52,568 nt of DNA, taken from an uncultured Bacilli bacterium. Its GTDB lineage: Bacteria > Bacillota_I > Bacilli_A > RF39 > UBA660. The first letter of the stretch is position 1. Every line of letters begins with the position of its first letter. Location: positions 1 to 52,568 of the forward strand of contig CALVIU010000058.1 of NCBI GenBank assembly GCA_944331835.1, written 5' to 3'. The notes under the pieces are model-generated. The model was not told the DNA's origin. It searched no databases and saw nothing but the letters and a program-made list of their open reading frames with translations. Shown here in pieces: positions 24,675 to 33,623 of the stretch. Position numbers and translations under genes: made by a program.

Positions 24675-24967
24675 TAGCCAACACTCCCATCTTTATCAAC
24701 AACTTCTTCACTATCTTTGGTATTATCTGTAAGGGCTTTTAAATTTTTAACTATATCATAAGTTCCGCTGGCGATGATACCAGACATGGCAATAGTCACT
24801 GAAACATCTTTAGTCATAAAATAATATATAACTGCAACAACTATACCGATGATTAGATTTTGAATAGGTATTATATGATCAGATATCCATGTTGCTTTTT
24901 TGGAGAGTAATCCTAAAATAAGCGTTGCAACAATAGTTACTAAACTCATAATAATTTCAATATTCAT
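24674..24967 (-). CDS. Holin-like small membrane protein (resembles LL-H/phiLC3-type holins)
   Basis: 97 aa from the ATG at 24967 (GGAGG RBS); the track ORF is extended to 25081. Two or three TM helices, a charged C-terminal tail (TDNTKDSEEVVDKDGSVG) and an IIPIQNLIIGIVVA segment. It lies immediately upstream of the hydrolase gene and overlaps it. Confidence 0.68.
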   Translation of the reverse strand: MNIEIIMSLVTIVATLILGLLSKKATWISDHIIPIQNLIIGIVVAVIYYFMTKDVSVTIAMSGIIASGTYDIVKNLKALTDNTKDSEEVVDKDGSVG

Positions 24968-25001
24968 AAAATTCGCCTCCAGTATATAATATGGAGGCAT
25001 T

Positions 25002-25031
25002 AAAAAAAGGAAGCGATGTTTGTCCACTTCC
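25002..25031 (-). terminator. Rho-independent terminator of the marR-ABC operon
   Basis: Minus strand GGAAGTG...CGCTTCC 7-bp stem followed by T7, starting 1 nt after the ABC gene stop. Confidence 0.75.
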
Positions 25032-27002
25032 TTAACTAACTTTCTCAAATTGGGAATTATAAAGATTAGCATAGAAACCATTTTGTTTCATAAGTTCTTC
25101 GTGGTTACCTTGTTCAATAATGTTTCCTTCATTCATGACTAGAATTAAGTCAGCATTTTTAATTGTGGATAATCTGTGGGCAATGATAAATGATGTTTTA
25201 CCTTCCATAAGTTTATCCATAGCTTTTTGAACTAATTCTTCAGTACGGGTATCGACATTACTGGTTGCTTCATCAAGAATTAAGAATGGAGCCTTATCAA
25301 GCATACCACGAGCAATTGTGATAAGTTGTTTTTGGCCGGATGAAATAGAATCATTGTCTTCAATTAAAGAATCATAAGATTTTGGTAGAGACTTAATGAA
25401 ATGATCTACTCCGACAACTTTACATACTTGTTTCATTTCGTAATCAGATATGTTTTCTTGATTATAAATGATGTTTTCTCTGATGGTTCCACTGAATAAC
25501 CAAGTATCTTGTAAAACCATTGTAAATAATTCGTGGATATTATCTCTTTTTAGTTCATTAATTGATACACCATCGATTTTAATATCCCCAGAATTTATTT
25601 CATAGAATTTCATAAGAAGATTAACCATGGTTGTTTTACCTGCACCAGTTGGACCAACAATAGCAATTTTTTGTCCTGGTTTAACTTTGGCAGAAAAGTC
25701 TTTAATAATCATTCGTGATTCATCATAACCAAATTTAACATGGTCAAATTCCACATTTCCTTTAACTTCTTCTTTTTTAAGAACTTTAGTTAATTTAGAT
25801 TCATCACTCATTTCGCCTTCTTCTAAGAATTCAAATATTCTTTCAGATGCTGCTGCCGCAGATTGCAAGCTAGTCATTGCTTGAGCAATTTGCGATAATG
25901 GATTAGTAAATAATCTAACATATACAATGAAAGCAACGATTACTCCGAATGATATAACATCATTTGTTACTAATACTGCTCCAACAACACAGACAACTAC
26001 ATAACTAAAGTTACCAATGAACATCATTATAGGTTGCATAAGACCAGATAAGAATTGACTCTTACGAATAGCATTAAATACTTTATCATTTAATTTATCA
26101 AATTTTTCATCTGATTCTCTTTTACCATTGTAAACTTTTACGACATTATGTCCTGAGTAGATTTCTTCAATATGACCATTCATATTACCAAGTTCTTCTT
26201 GACGTTCAACGAAATATTTTTGAGATTTTTTCAAGATGACAGCCATAATTGAGAAACCTAGTAAACTAGATACAATTGCACATAAGGCAAGAATCCAATT
26301 GGTAACAAACATCATTAAGACACTACCGATTACTAAGGTAATTGCTCCAACTAGAGAACCAATACTTTGAGACATTGTTTGGGCAACTGTATCTACATCG
26401 TTAGTTACACGTGATAAGATATCACCAGTTGAATTACGGTCAAAGTATCTAAGTGGTAATTTATTAATCTTAGTTATGATTTTGCTACGAAGTTCTTTAG
26501 CAAAATTGTTGGATACTGTTGCCATAATGAAATGTTGAAAGAAACTAAATATAGCACTAGCAACATAGACAATTGCTAAGAATAAGGCAATTGATTTGAT
26601 GGCAGCAAAATCCATTTGAGGTTTAACGATTTTCTGGATACTTTCAGGCATTTCATCGATTGCGGCGAATATTTCACTTGACGTGCTATCCTCAGTTATG
26701 CCACTCATAATGGAAGCAAATTCCATTTTATCTTCATTAGATATATTTGGATCTGACATTATTTCTGTAACAGTAGACTCACTGACATTTGGAACTAAAC
26801 CATCAGAAATAAGATCAGTCATATCACTTAGTCGATCCGGAGCAATAATTGAAAGCACGGCACTTACTGCTGCAAGAACAAAGGCTATAACTAACAATTT
26901 ATGAAATCTATTTAAATAATGTACTAATTTTTTCATGGCCCCACGGAAGTCTTTAGCTTGTTCGAAAGATTGGCCACCTTTTCCTCCCATTGGTCTAGGC
27001 AT
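25032..27002 (-). CDS. ABC exporter, fused permease/ATPase half-transporter (heterodimeric multidrug-type, subunit 2)
   Basis: Six-TM domain plus NBD (GPTGAGKTT, SSGQKQ, FLILDEATS). Start set to the ATG at 27002, 8 nt after AGGAGG; the track uses GTG at 27020. It overlaps the upstream subunit by 8 nt. Confidence 0.9.
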   Translation of the reverse strand: MPRPMGGKGGQSFEQAKDFRGAMKKLVHYLNRFHKLLVIAFVLAAVSAVLSIIAPDRLSDMTDLISDGLVPNVSESTVTEIMSDPNISNEDKMEFASIMSGITEDSTSSEIFAAIDEMPESIQKIVKPQMDFAAIKSIALFLAIVYVASAIFSFFQHFIMATVSNNFAKELRSKIITKINKLPLRYFDRNSTGDILSRVTNDVDTVAQTMSQSIGSLVGAITLVIGSVLMMFVTNWILALCAIVSSLLGFSIMAVILKKSQKYFVERQEELGNMNGHIEEIYSGHNVVKVYNGKRESDEKFDKLNDKVFNAIRKSQFLSGLMQPIMMFIGNFSYVVVCVVGAVLVTNDVISFGVIVAFIVYVRLFTNPLSQIAQAMTSLQSAAAASERIFEFLEEGEMSDESKLTKVLKKEEVKGNVEFDHVKFGYDESRMIIKDFSAKVKPGQKIAIVGPTGAGKTTMVNLLMKFYEINSGDIKIDGVSINELKRDNIHELFTMVLQDTWLFSGTIRENIIYNQENISDYEMKQVCKVVGVDHFIKSLPKSYDSLIEDNDSISSGQKQLITIARGMLDKAPFLILDEATSNVDTRTEELVQKAMDKLMEGKTSFIIAHRLSTIKNADLILVMNEGNIIEQGNHEELMKQNGFYANLYNSQFEKVS

Positions 27003-28758
27003 TATTAAGTTCCTCCTCACTAAGTTGGGAAAGGGCTATTTCTTTATACACATCACAAGTTTTTAATAACTCTTCATGTGTTCCCATTCCCACACATGAA
27101 CCTTGATCAAGAACAATAATCTTATCAGCATTCATGATTGTACCAATTCTTTGCGCAACAATAAACGTTGTAGCATCTTTGGTATGTTCTTTTAATTCTT
27201 TTCTTAAAGTAAAGTCGGTTTTATAATCTAGAGCTGAGAATGAATCATCGAAAATATAGATTTCAGGATTACGAGCAATAGCTCTAGCAATAGAAATTCT
27301 TTGTTTTTGACCACCAGAGATATTTGTACCTCTTTGGGCTAAATAAGAATCATACTTATCAGGCATCTTTTCAACAAAATATGCACCTTGAGCTATTTCT
27401 ATGGCTTTCTTTATTTCATCACGAGTGACTTCTTCCTTACCATTATCACCATAAGAAACATTTTCGGCAACTGTACCACTAAATATTACGGCTTTTTGAG
27501 GGATGTAACCAATTTTATTATGTAAATATTCTAACTTATAATCCTTAACATTTACACCATCGATGATGATTTCACCATCAGTTGCATCATAGAATCTTGG
27601 AATTAAGTTGATAAGTGTCGACTTACCAGAACCAGTTGAACCGATAAAGGCAATAGTTTCACCACGATTTGCTTTAAAACTAATATCTTTTAGAATATAT
27701 TCATCAGCATCGGGATATTTAAATGATACATCTTTAAATTCAACTGTTCCTTTTAATTTAGGATCACTTTCAGTAACTGTACCATCAATTATCGCAAATT
27801 CTTCATCTAATACTTCGTTGATACGATCGGCAGAAATTGCAGCACGTGGATACATGATGAATATCATAGCAAGCATCAAGAAAGACATAATAACTTGCAT
27901 ACCATAAGATGAAAATACGACCATGTCACCAAATATAGCTATTTTTTCACTCATTAAGGCTGCATCGATCATATAAGAACCGATGAAGTAAATTGCTAGA
28001 GTTGAAAAATACATTATCAAATACATTACTGGTTGCATAATGCCAAACATTCTTTGGTTAAATAATTGCGTACTTGTTAATTTATTATTAACTTTGGCAA
28101 ATTTTTCTTCTTGGTACTCCTCAGCATTAAAGGCTCTAACTACTCTGATACCAGTTAGGTTTTCACGAGTTACACCATTTATTTTATCAAGTAATTTTTG
28201 AACAATTTTGAATCTTGGTAAAACTATTAGCATCAAGAAAATCAAAGTTATTAGAAGTATTAATACGCCACCGCCGATAACAGCACTCCACTGCCAACTC
28301 TTATTAAGTATTTTAGAAACTGCCCAAACGGCTGTAATTGGTGCTTTAATTAAAAGTTGTAAGCTCAAAGCTACCAACATTTCAATTTGGGTAACATCAT
28401 TAGTAGTTCTAGTAATTAAGCTGCTGGTCGAAAACTTTTTAACTTCTCCTTCACTAAAATTTTCTACTTTTTCGAAAATATCTTTACGCAAAGTTTTGGA
28501 GAAAGATGCAGCGATGTAGGATGCAATATAACCAACTACTACTGCAGATGCTAAACTACCTAAGGCACATAGAAGCATTTTAGATCCTTCAACCAAAATT
28601 TCGGATACTTGATTACCTTCAGTTTGTACTAATTGGGTAATTTGAGACATATAATCTGGAAGTTTTAAATCTAACCAGACTTGAAAAACTATTAGGGCTG
28701 TAGATAGTAATATTAACAGCCAATCTTTCCTTTTTAATTTCTTTAATAATTTAAACAT
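26995..28758 (-). CDS. ABC exporter, fused permease/ATPase half-transporter (subunit 1)
   Basis: TM domain plus NBD (GSTGSGKST, SGGQKQR, IYIFDDSFS). The second ATG (28758) has better spacing to AAGGAA than the ATG at 28764. Confidence 0.9.
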   Translation of the reverse strand: MFKLLKKLKRKDWLLILLSTALIVFQVWLDLKLPDYMSQITQLVQTEGNQVSEILVEGSKMLLCALGSLASAVVVGYIASYIAASFSKTLRKDIFEKVENFSEGEVKKFSTSSLITRTTNDVTQIEMLVALSLQLLIKAPITAVWAVSKILNKSWQWSAVIGGGVLILLITLIFLMLIVLPRFKIVQKLLDKINGVTRENLTGIRVVRAFNAEEYQEEKFAKVNNKLTSTQLFNQRMFGIMQPVMYLIMYFSTLAIYFIGSYMIDAALMSEKIAIFGDMVVFSSYGMQVIMSFLMLAMIFIMYPRAAISADRINEVLDEEFAIIDGTVTESDPKLKGTVEFKDVSFKYPDADEYILKDISFKANRGETIAFIGSTGSGKSTLINLIPRFYDATDGEIIIDGVNVKDYKLEYLHNKIGYIPQKAVIFSGTVAENVSYGDNGKEEVTRDEIKKAIEIAQGAYFVEKMPDKYDSYLAQRGTNISGGQKQRISIARAIARNPEIYIFDDSFSALDYKTDFTLRKELKEHTKDATTFIVAQRIGTIMNADKIIVLDQGSCVGMGTHEELLKTCDVYKEIALSQLSEEELNNA

Positions 28759-28771
28759 ACGCATTTCCTTT

Positions 28772-29194
28772 CTAAATATTTTTTGTTATTTTTTCAATAA
28801 CTAAATAAAAAACTTTCTTTTCGTCATCAGTTATTCCTTCCCATAATTTCTTAAAAACTCTTTTTTCGACAACCTTAAGCTCGTGTATTATTGGCTTAGC
28901 GGAGTCATTTACAATTATATGTTGATAACGTCGATCTTTTGTATCTGTTTCAAAAGAAATATATCCTTTTTGAAGTAGTTTACCTACACCTTTAGATACA
29001 TAAGCTTTAGAGAAGCCACGGATTTCAACCATATCACAACCACGATTAAGTTCAGAATTATTCGATAAAAAAAGCAAGACATCTGCTTCTGGTTTACTAA
29101 TACCAACTTTACGAGCAACATTAGTAATCTCTTCATCAAACTTAATCTTAGTTTTTTTCATAAATAACATTATCTTACCAATATTTTCTTTCAT
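28772..29194 (-). CDS. MarR-family transcriptional regulator
   Basis: 140 aa with a winged-HTH pattern (ADVLLFLSNN....MVEIRGFSKAYVSKGVGKLLQKGYI..DRR). First gene of the ABC exporter operon. Confidence 0.85.
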   Translation of the reverse strand: MKENIGKIMLFMKKTKIKFDEEITNVARKVGISKPEADVLLFLSNNSELNRGCDMVEIRGFSKAYVSKGVGKLLQKGYISFETDTKDRRYQHIIVNDSAKPIIHELKVVEKRVFKKLWEGITDDEKKVFYLVIEKITKNI

Positions 29195-29242
29195 CCTAAT
29201 ACACCTTACTTAGTTTTCTAAAAAACAGTTTCTACGTGAACC

Positions 29243-29271
29243 ATTATATGCAAATATATATTGTTTGTCAA
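29243..29271 (-). promoter_or_regulatory. Consensus sigma-A promoter of the marR-ABC operon
   Basis: Minus strand: TTGACA (29266-29271), exactly 17 nt, TATAAT (29243-29248). A direct repeat TAGAAACT / TAGAAAACT (29212-29234) between the -10 and the RBS could be the MarR operator. Confidence 0.6.
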
Positions 29272-29289
29272 CAAAAAATATGAACTTCA

Positions 29290-29682
29290 CTAAATATTCA
29301 TATTTCTATTATTTTGTGTTGATAACTCATTATTTATCCACATCATTATTATATTTACTATGTAGTCTATTTCATCTTGGTTTAATTTTTTGTTCTTAGG
29401 TATGTGATGCCATTTATATAGACAAGATCTACAACAAGTGGCAGTAGCATGCTCTGCGATAAAAACTGGATGTCCACGCATTGGTGTTTGTTTACCATCG
29501 TTAGGAATTACTGCGAGAGCTAGTCTACTACCAATAAAATCATAGGCGTGTTTTTTTATTGTGTCTAATCCTTTATTTTGAATATATTCAAAATCTTTTG
29601 TTTTAAGATGAAAAGAACTGCGAAACTTGGATTTAGATAATTTCTCCAGTATTATTTTAGAATTATTCATGTTATCCTCCAT
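29290..29682 (-). CDS. DUF4186-family protein
   Basis: 130 aa. The pattern KSKFRSSFHL...DGKQTPMRGHPVFIAEHATATCCRSCLYKWH is as recalled for DUF4186. Confidence 0.65.
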   Translation of the reverse strand: MEDNMNNSKIILEKLSKSKFRSSFHLKTKDFEYIQNKGLDTIKKHAYDFIGSRLALAVIPNDGKQTPMRGHPVFIAEHATATCCRSCLYKWHHIPKNKKLNQDEIDYIVNIIMMWINNELSTQNNRNMNI

Positions 29683-29701
29683 ATTTTATTGTAACAAAAT
29701 A

Positions 29702-29725
29702 ATAAGCCTCGTTAAAGAGGCTTAT
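29702..29725 (-). terminator. Hairpin terminator after the MMPL gene
   Basis: ATAAGCCTC-gttaaa-GAGGCTTAT 9-bp stem overlapping the MMPL stop codon, with T-rich flanks on both strands. Confidence 0.55.
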
Positions 29726-31971
29726 ACTATTTTTTTCTTTATTATTACCGAATCAAATGCATATAGAATTGCTGGTAAAATAAAAATAGTTATTAACATT
29801 GATATTAATGTTCCGAATCCCAAGAAAATTCCTATTGATGATACAACACCAGAGCTAGCGATAAATCCAATTAATAAACCAGCTATTGTCAAAATAAAAC
29901 CACTAGTTACGATTGTTGGTAAAGAATCTTTAATTGTTCCTACTAAAGCTTCTTTCTTATTCATTTTAGTACGAAGTTGTAAAAAACGATTAGTTAATAC
30001 TATAGCATAGTCAATTGTTGCACCCATTTGAATAGCTGAAACTATGATATAACTTATGAAAAATATTTTTTGATTAAGTAATGTAGCTAAACCAAAAGTT
30101 AATAAAATACTTCCCTCAATTGTTAATATTAATAAAGCTGTAATACTTAAAGATCTAAATGTAACAAATAAAATTATAGCAATAAACAATATTGTTACTA
30201 ATGTTATTATTGTGTTGTCTTTTGAAAATGATTCACTTAAATCCCTAGCACTTACCGATTCCCCAACTAAAACAACATTATCATAATATTCTTCAGTATC
30301 ATCACGAATCTTATCTAATAATTCGTAAGTTTCCGTTCCTTCTACTGGAGCTTTCAATTCTAAAATTATCCTTGAATAATCATCACTTTCTAAAAGGGGC
30401 TTTGATTCTGATAAAATAGTATAATATGAAGTTATCATATTTTCTAATTCAGAGGTTAATTCTAATTCTTCTTTATTTTTATTTAAAAATTCTAGTAAGT
30501 CGATTATAGATATAGCATAGTTGGATACTTCAGAATTGGAAATGTTAATTTGGTTGTTTTGAATATAATATAAGTAAAGACTACTAGCTTGTTTTTCAGA
30601 TAATTGGAATAGTTTTGCAAACTCTTGATATTTTAGTTTGGTACCTAAATATAAATCTTCAGATATTTGATAACTGCCAAGAGAAGTAGCTTTAATAACA
30701 CTAGAATTTTCTAAAAGTTTATTAGTAAGTTCTAATTCCTTAGAGTAATCTTTATCTTCATTTTCAACTAACACTACTAAACGATTAGTACTACCAAATG
30801 TTTCTTCAATGTTTTCTAAAGTTATTTGATTATCACTACCATTATTAGCTTTTACAGAATAAACATTATAAACGTATTCATAATTAGGAATTAAAAGACA
30901 GCTTATTACTAGTAATAGTACAAACACTGGCAATAAAAATTTGCGTGAATTTACTATAAAGTTAGCTAATTTAGATATATTCGGTACATAATTTTTATGC
31001 TCTGTTTTGTTTATTAATTTTGAACATAAAATGATTAAAAGTGGTAATAAGAATATAACTGTTATCAAACTACATATTATTCCTTTTGATAAAATTATAC
31101 CAATATCAGCACCAATTTTTAGTTGCATAAAAACTAGGGCAAGTAAACCAGCTATTGTTGTTAGAGAACTAGCACAAATTTCAGGGATTGATTTAGTCAC
31201 AGTTTTTTTAACTGCTAGAATTTGATCATCTGTATCATTTTTCTCTTTCATATAATGATTCATAAAGATAATAAAATAATCTAATGATAAACCTAATTGC
31301 AATATAATTGCTATTGACTTAGTAATATATGATATTTCTCCAAAGATAAAATTACTTCCCATGTTTAACAGAATCGAAATGCCAAAAACAATAAAGGCTA
31401 AGACTATTTCAAAGTATGATGTGGTAGTAAATAGTAAAACTAAAACAATAATTATGATGGCAATAATGAGTATTATATTCATTCCTTCAACCACATCTTC
31501 ACCATTTTCAATATACATATAATATTTTTCATCTGATACTTCATTAGTTATTTCACTAACTACTTCATCTCTAGTTTCTGCATCGACGTTGGCTAATTCA
31601 ATGACAAATAAAGCATTTTCATCTTTAAAATAGTTTTCGGAAGAATCAAAAGAAACACTAGTTACATTCTTAATACTAGAAATGTTTTCTTTTATATTAA
31701 GAGCATCTTCATAGGAAATGTCGGTAAGCATAACCTGAATTTCATTCAGTGCTCCGAATTCTTCTTCCATCAATTTAATACCTTTTTTGGTTTCTGTTTC
31801 GTCACCAAGGTAAGAAGTTATATCATAATTAACGGATACGTTATTTATATTTATAGCACATATAATTATTAATATAAGAAATATAATTAAAAACAAATAA
31901 CGATAGTTAACTATAAAATCTCCAATTTTAACTAAAATTTTGTTATTTTTCTTTTCTTTCAAAAAAATCAC
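29722..31971 (-). CDS. MMPL/RND-superfamily membrane transporter
   Basis: 749 aa. Two blocks of about six TM helices, each preceded by a large extracytoplasmic loop. A divergent TetR gene sits alongside. The start is uncertain (GTG at 31971, or TTG at 31962 behind GGGTGA). Confidence 0.8.
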   Translation of the reverse strand: MIFLKEKKNNKILVKIGDFIVNYRYLFLIIFLILIIICAININNVSVNYDITSYLGDETETKKGIKLMEEEFGALNEIQVMLTDISYEDALNIKENISSIKNVTSVSFDSSENYFKDENALFVIELANVDAETRDEVVSEITNEVSDEKYYMYIENGEDVVEGMNIILIIAIIIIVLVLLFTTTSYFEIVLAFIVFGISILLNMGSNFIFGEISYITKSIAIILQLGLSLDYFIIFMNHYMKEKNDTDDQILAVKKTVTKSIPEICASSLTTIAGLLALVFMQLKIGADIGIILSKGIICSLITVIFLLPLLIILCSKLINKTEHKNYVPNISKLANFIVNSRKFLLPVFVLLLVISCLLIPNYEYVYNVYSVKANNGSDNQITLENIEETFGSTNRLVVLVENEDKDYSKELELTNKLLENSSVIKATSLGSYQISEDLYLGTKLKYQEFAKLFQLSEKQASSLYLYYIQNNQINISNSEVSNYAISIIDLLEFLNKNKEELELTSELENMITSYYTILSESKPLLESDDYSRIILELKAPVEGTETYELLDKIRDDTEEYYDNVVLVGESVSARDLSESFSKDNTIITLVTILFIAIILFVTFRSLSITALLILTIEGSILLTFGLATLLNQKIFFISYIIVSAIQMGATIDYAIVLTNRFLQLRTKMNKKEALVGTIKDSLPTIVTSGFILTIAGLLIGFIASSGVVSSIGIFLGFGTLISMLITIFILPAILYAFDSVIIKKKIV

Positions 31972-32118
31972 CCGTAATAAATTATATAAAAAGCCTAATC
32001 AAAAAAATAGTAGTGTTTTTATAAAAACATATAAATATTCTACCAAAATTGAAAAAAGTATATTATTTAATTATCCTACTTAAGTATAATTTTGTTATAA
32101 TTATGTTGGTGATGTTAA

Positions 32119-32652
32119 ATGGATCTACGAGTTAAAAAGACTTATAAATTATTAAGTGATGCTTTACTGAAGTTATTAGAAGAAAAAAATTTTGATGAAA
32201 TTAAACTAACGGAAATATGCGAACTAGCAATGGTTCATAAGACTACTTTTTATAATCATTTTAATGATAAATATGATTTGTTAAAATATACTTTACAATG
32301 TATTCAAAAAGACATAGTAAGTAGTATGCCAAAAACAGAATCTCTTTTAGAATTTTATTTTGAATTAGCCAAATTATATATGTCTAATATTAAAGAACAT
32401 GAAACTTTTTATCGTCGGGTTTTAGCAAATGATGTAGATAATTTGTGTGCTACTTTACTTATTGATATGTTTATTACAGATTTAGAAAATAAAATCCCCA
32501 AAGAAAAGATCCCATCTTATTATGTTGCTACCTTTTATGTCTATGGGGTTTTTGCCACTATTAATGAATGGTTCAAGCGAGGCATGAAAGAAGATAAAGA
32601 ACAAATGATTTTTTATCTAAAAAGTATTATTGAAAACAACTACCATTTATAG
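32119..32652 (+). CDS. TetR/AcrR-family transcriptional regulator
   Basis: 177 aa. N-terminal HTH (FDEIKLTEICELAMVHKTTFYNHFNDKYDL). Divergent from the MMPL gene. Confidence 0.85.
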   Translation: MDLRVKKTYKLLSDALLKLLEEKNFDEIKLTEICELAMVHKTTFYNHFNDKYDLLKYTLQCIQKDIVSSMPKTESLLEFYFELAKLYMSNIKEHETFYRRVLANDVDNLCATLLIDMFITDLENKIPKEKIPSYYVATFYVYGVFATINEWFKRGMKEDKEQMIFYLKSIIENNYHL

Positions 32653-32706
32653 TAATTGCAAGAATTAAATCCTTATTTTTACTCATACTAATAATAAGGT
32701 GATTGT

Positions 32707-33183
32707 ATGTCCTGGATACTTAAATTAAAAATAATAGGTACATTTGTAGCTTCTTTATCTTCTTTTCCTCTAATGTTTTTATACAAAAAATTTCCTAACT
32801 TTTTTACTAGTATATTTTCTCCAGTAAATAATTCCTTATGGGAACATGTAAAAGTTATATTTGGAAGTATATTAATCGGGGGGATTACTCAAAAGATTAT
32901 TATGTTAATTAAGAAAGTACCTGTTAATAACATCTGTTTTTCAACTTTTATTAGTGCAATTATCGCAATACCAATATATATAATTTTAGCATCCATTCTT
33001 TTTTCTTTATTTGGAGAGAGAAGTGTTATTAAAATTTTAGTAACTTTTATAGCAATATTAGTTGCTGAAGTTATATCATACTTTATTATGAAAAGGCCAG
33101 AGTTTAAATTAGAAAACTATACAATTATTTTTGCTATTATCACTTATATTATATTTGTGTTTATAACTTATTTAAAAAAATAA
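32707..33183 (+). CDS. Small polytopic membrane protein, function unknown
   Basis: 158 aa with four or five hydrophobic helices. AAGGTGA RBS. Confidence 0.55.
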   Translation: MSWILKLKIIGTFVASLSSFPLMFLYKKFPNFFTSIFSPVNNSLWEHVKVIFGSILIGGITQKIIMLIKKVPVNNICFSTFISAIIAIPIYIILASILFSLFGERSVIKILVTFIAILVAEVISYFIMKRPEFKLENYTIIFAIITYIIFVFITYLKK

Positions 33184-33202
33184 AAAACCCCGTATTTACG
33201 GG
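33181..33202 (-). terminator. Terminator downstream of tmRNA
   Basis: Minus strand CCCGT-aaat-ACGGG followed by GTTTTTTAT. Confidence 0.55.
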
Positions 33203-33216
33203 AGTTATAAACTTAA

Positions 33217-33577
33217 TGGTGGAGCAGAGGAGGATCGAACTCCTGTCCAATATGCTCTATTATACAATATCTACAAGTTTAGGTAGATTTGTAATGTCCT
33301 AATTAAATGGCTCTACACTAACCTCATAATTAGTAAGTTTAGTAATATTCAATATATTATCCTAAACAAATAATATATTATATCTTATATTTATGAACCC
33401 CTATCTTAACCTATAAGAGAAATTAAGTAGAAGTGCTCCCTTAACCTACTATTAGGCAAAAGCAGGAGCGAAACTATAGTTATTAGTTTCGTCATTTAAT
33501 TTTAGGTTTGCACTTAAGGTATGCCGACCACTTGCAATCATATATAGTAACATATGTCGAAACCAAAATACTGCCCC
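33217..33577 (-). ncRNA. ssrA: tmRNA (SsrA), predicted tag ending ...NDETNNYSFAPAFA
   Basis: The 5' GGGGCAG pairs with the 3' CTGCTCC-ACCA, including the G3-U70 alanine identity pair. T-arm GGAGTTCGATCCTCC. The in-frame tag region GCA AAC CTA AAA TTA AAT GAC GAA ACT AAT AAC TAT AGT TTC GCT CCT GCT TTT GCC TAA TAG ends in a double stop. Confidence 0.9.
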
Positions 33578-33595
33578 ATACAACATAATTATAAC

Positions 33596-33615
33596 AAAAA
33601 AAGGACATATTGTCC
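33596..33615 (-). terminator. Terminator after tsaD
   Basis: GGACA-ata-TGTCC hairpin followed by T7 on the minus strand, 9 nt after the tsaD stop. Confidence 0.55.
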
Positions 33616-33623
33616 ACTTGTTT

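Noticed and set aside
19967-25031. Interpretation as an intact prophage.
   Set aside because: Only a lysis pair is phage-like. No integrase, repressor, terminase, portal, capsid or tail genes are present, and I could not see an att-like duplication of the tRNA-Cys 3' end.
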